Virus record (IMG/VR): IMGVR_UViG_3300037706_000057
Span: 1 to 53,369 of that record
Length of the DNA stretch: 53,369 nt
Origin: a virus
Lineage: Duplodnaviria > Caudoviricetes
Strand: one strand, 5' to 3'
Below are positions 53,330 through 53,369 of this stretch, piece after piece. The notes beneath the pieces were generated by a model. That model was not told the origin of the DNA. It saw nothing but the letters and a program-made list of their open reading frames with translations, and ran no database searches. The position numbers were made by a program, and so were the translations under genes. The stretch's first letter is position 1; each line of letters begins with the position of its first letter.

Positions 53330-53369
53330 TCTTGATGCGTACGTACTGGTCCGAGACGCTGCAGCGCCG

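Larger units (their letters stand above)
52678..53369 (+). repeat. Imperfect direct repeat, right copy (matches 1-659)
   Basis: See left copy. Confidence 0.97.

Overview
The window is an essentially complete (~52.7 kb unit length, circularly permuted) temperate siphovirus genome from a high-GC actinomycete host (WhiB, Lsr2, leaderless genes, Streptomyces-type DnaA boxes, no recognisable lysin B). A long minus-strand block carries HNH, PLD-fused small terminase, large terminase, portal, a ClpP+HK97 double protease, major capsid, head accessory proteins, neck and tail genes (-1 frameshift chaperone, tape measure, a second tail-tube paralog) and lysis genes. Upstream lie replication/recombination genes (initiator with an internal iteron+DnaA-box origin, RuvC-like, RecT-like, PD-(D/E)xK exonuclease), a DNA-modification cluster (N4/N6 methyltransferase with a nuclease-like partner, YhhQ transporter + DpdA-like transglycosylase, DUF5131, ASCH, NDT-like), a Cro/repressor switch and a tyrosine integrase. 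The two ends (1-659 and 52678-53369) are diverged alleles of one locus. Best leads: a ~440-nt structured leader RNA with two long motif-sharing stems and a pseudoknot; a direct-repeat-flanked yhhQ-dpdA salvage cassette; recurrent duplicated gene 3' ends at insertion boundaries; a 55-aa secreted two-cysteine peptide missing from the ORF track; and the PLD-TerS and double-protease fusions. All family calls come from motif recognition by eye, with no database searches.
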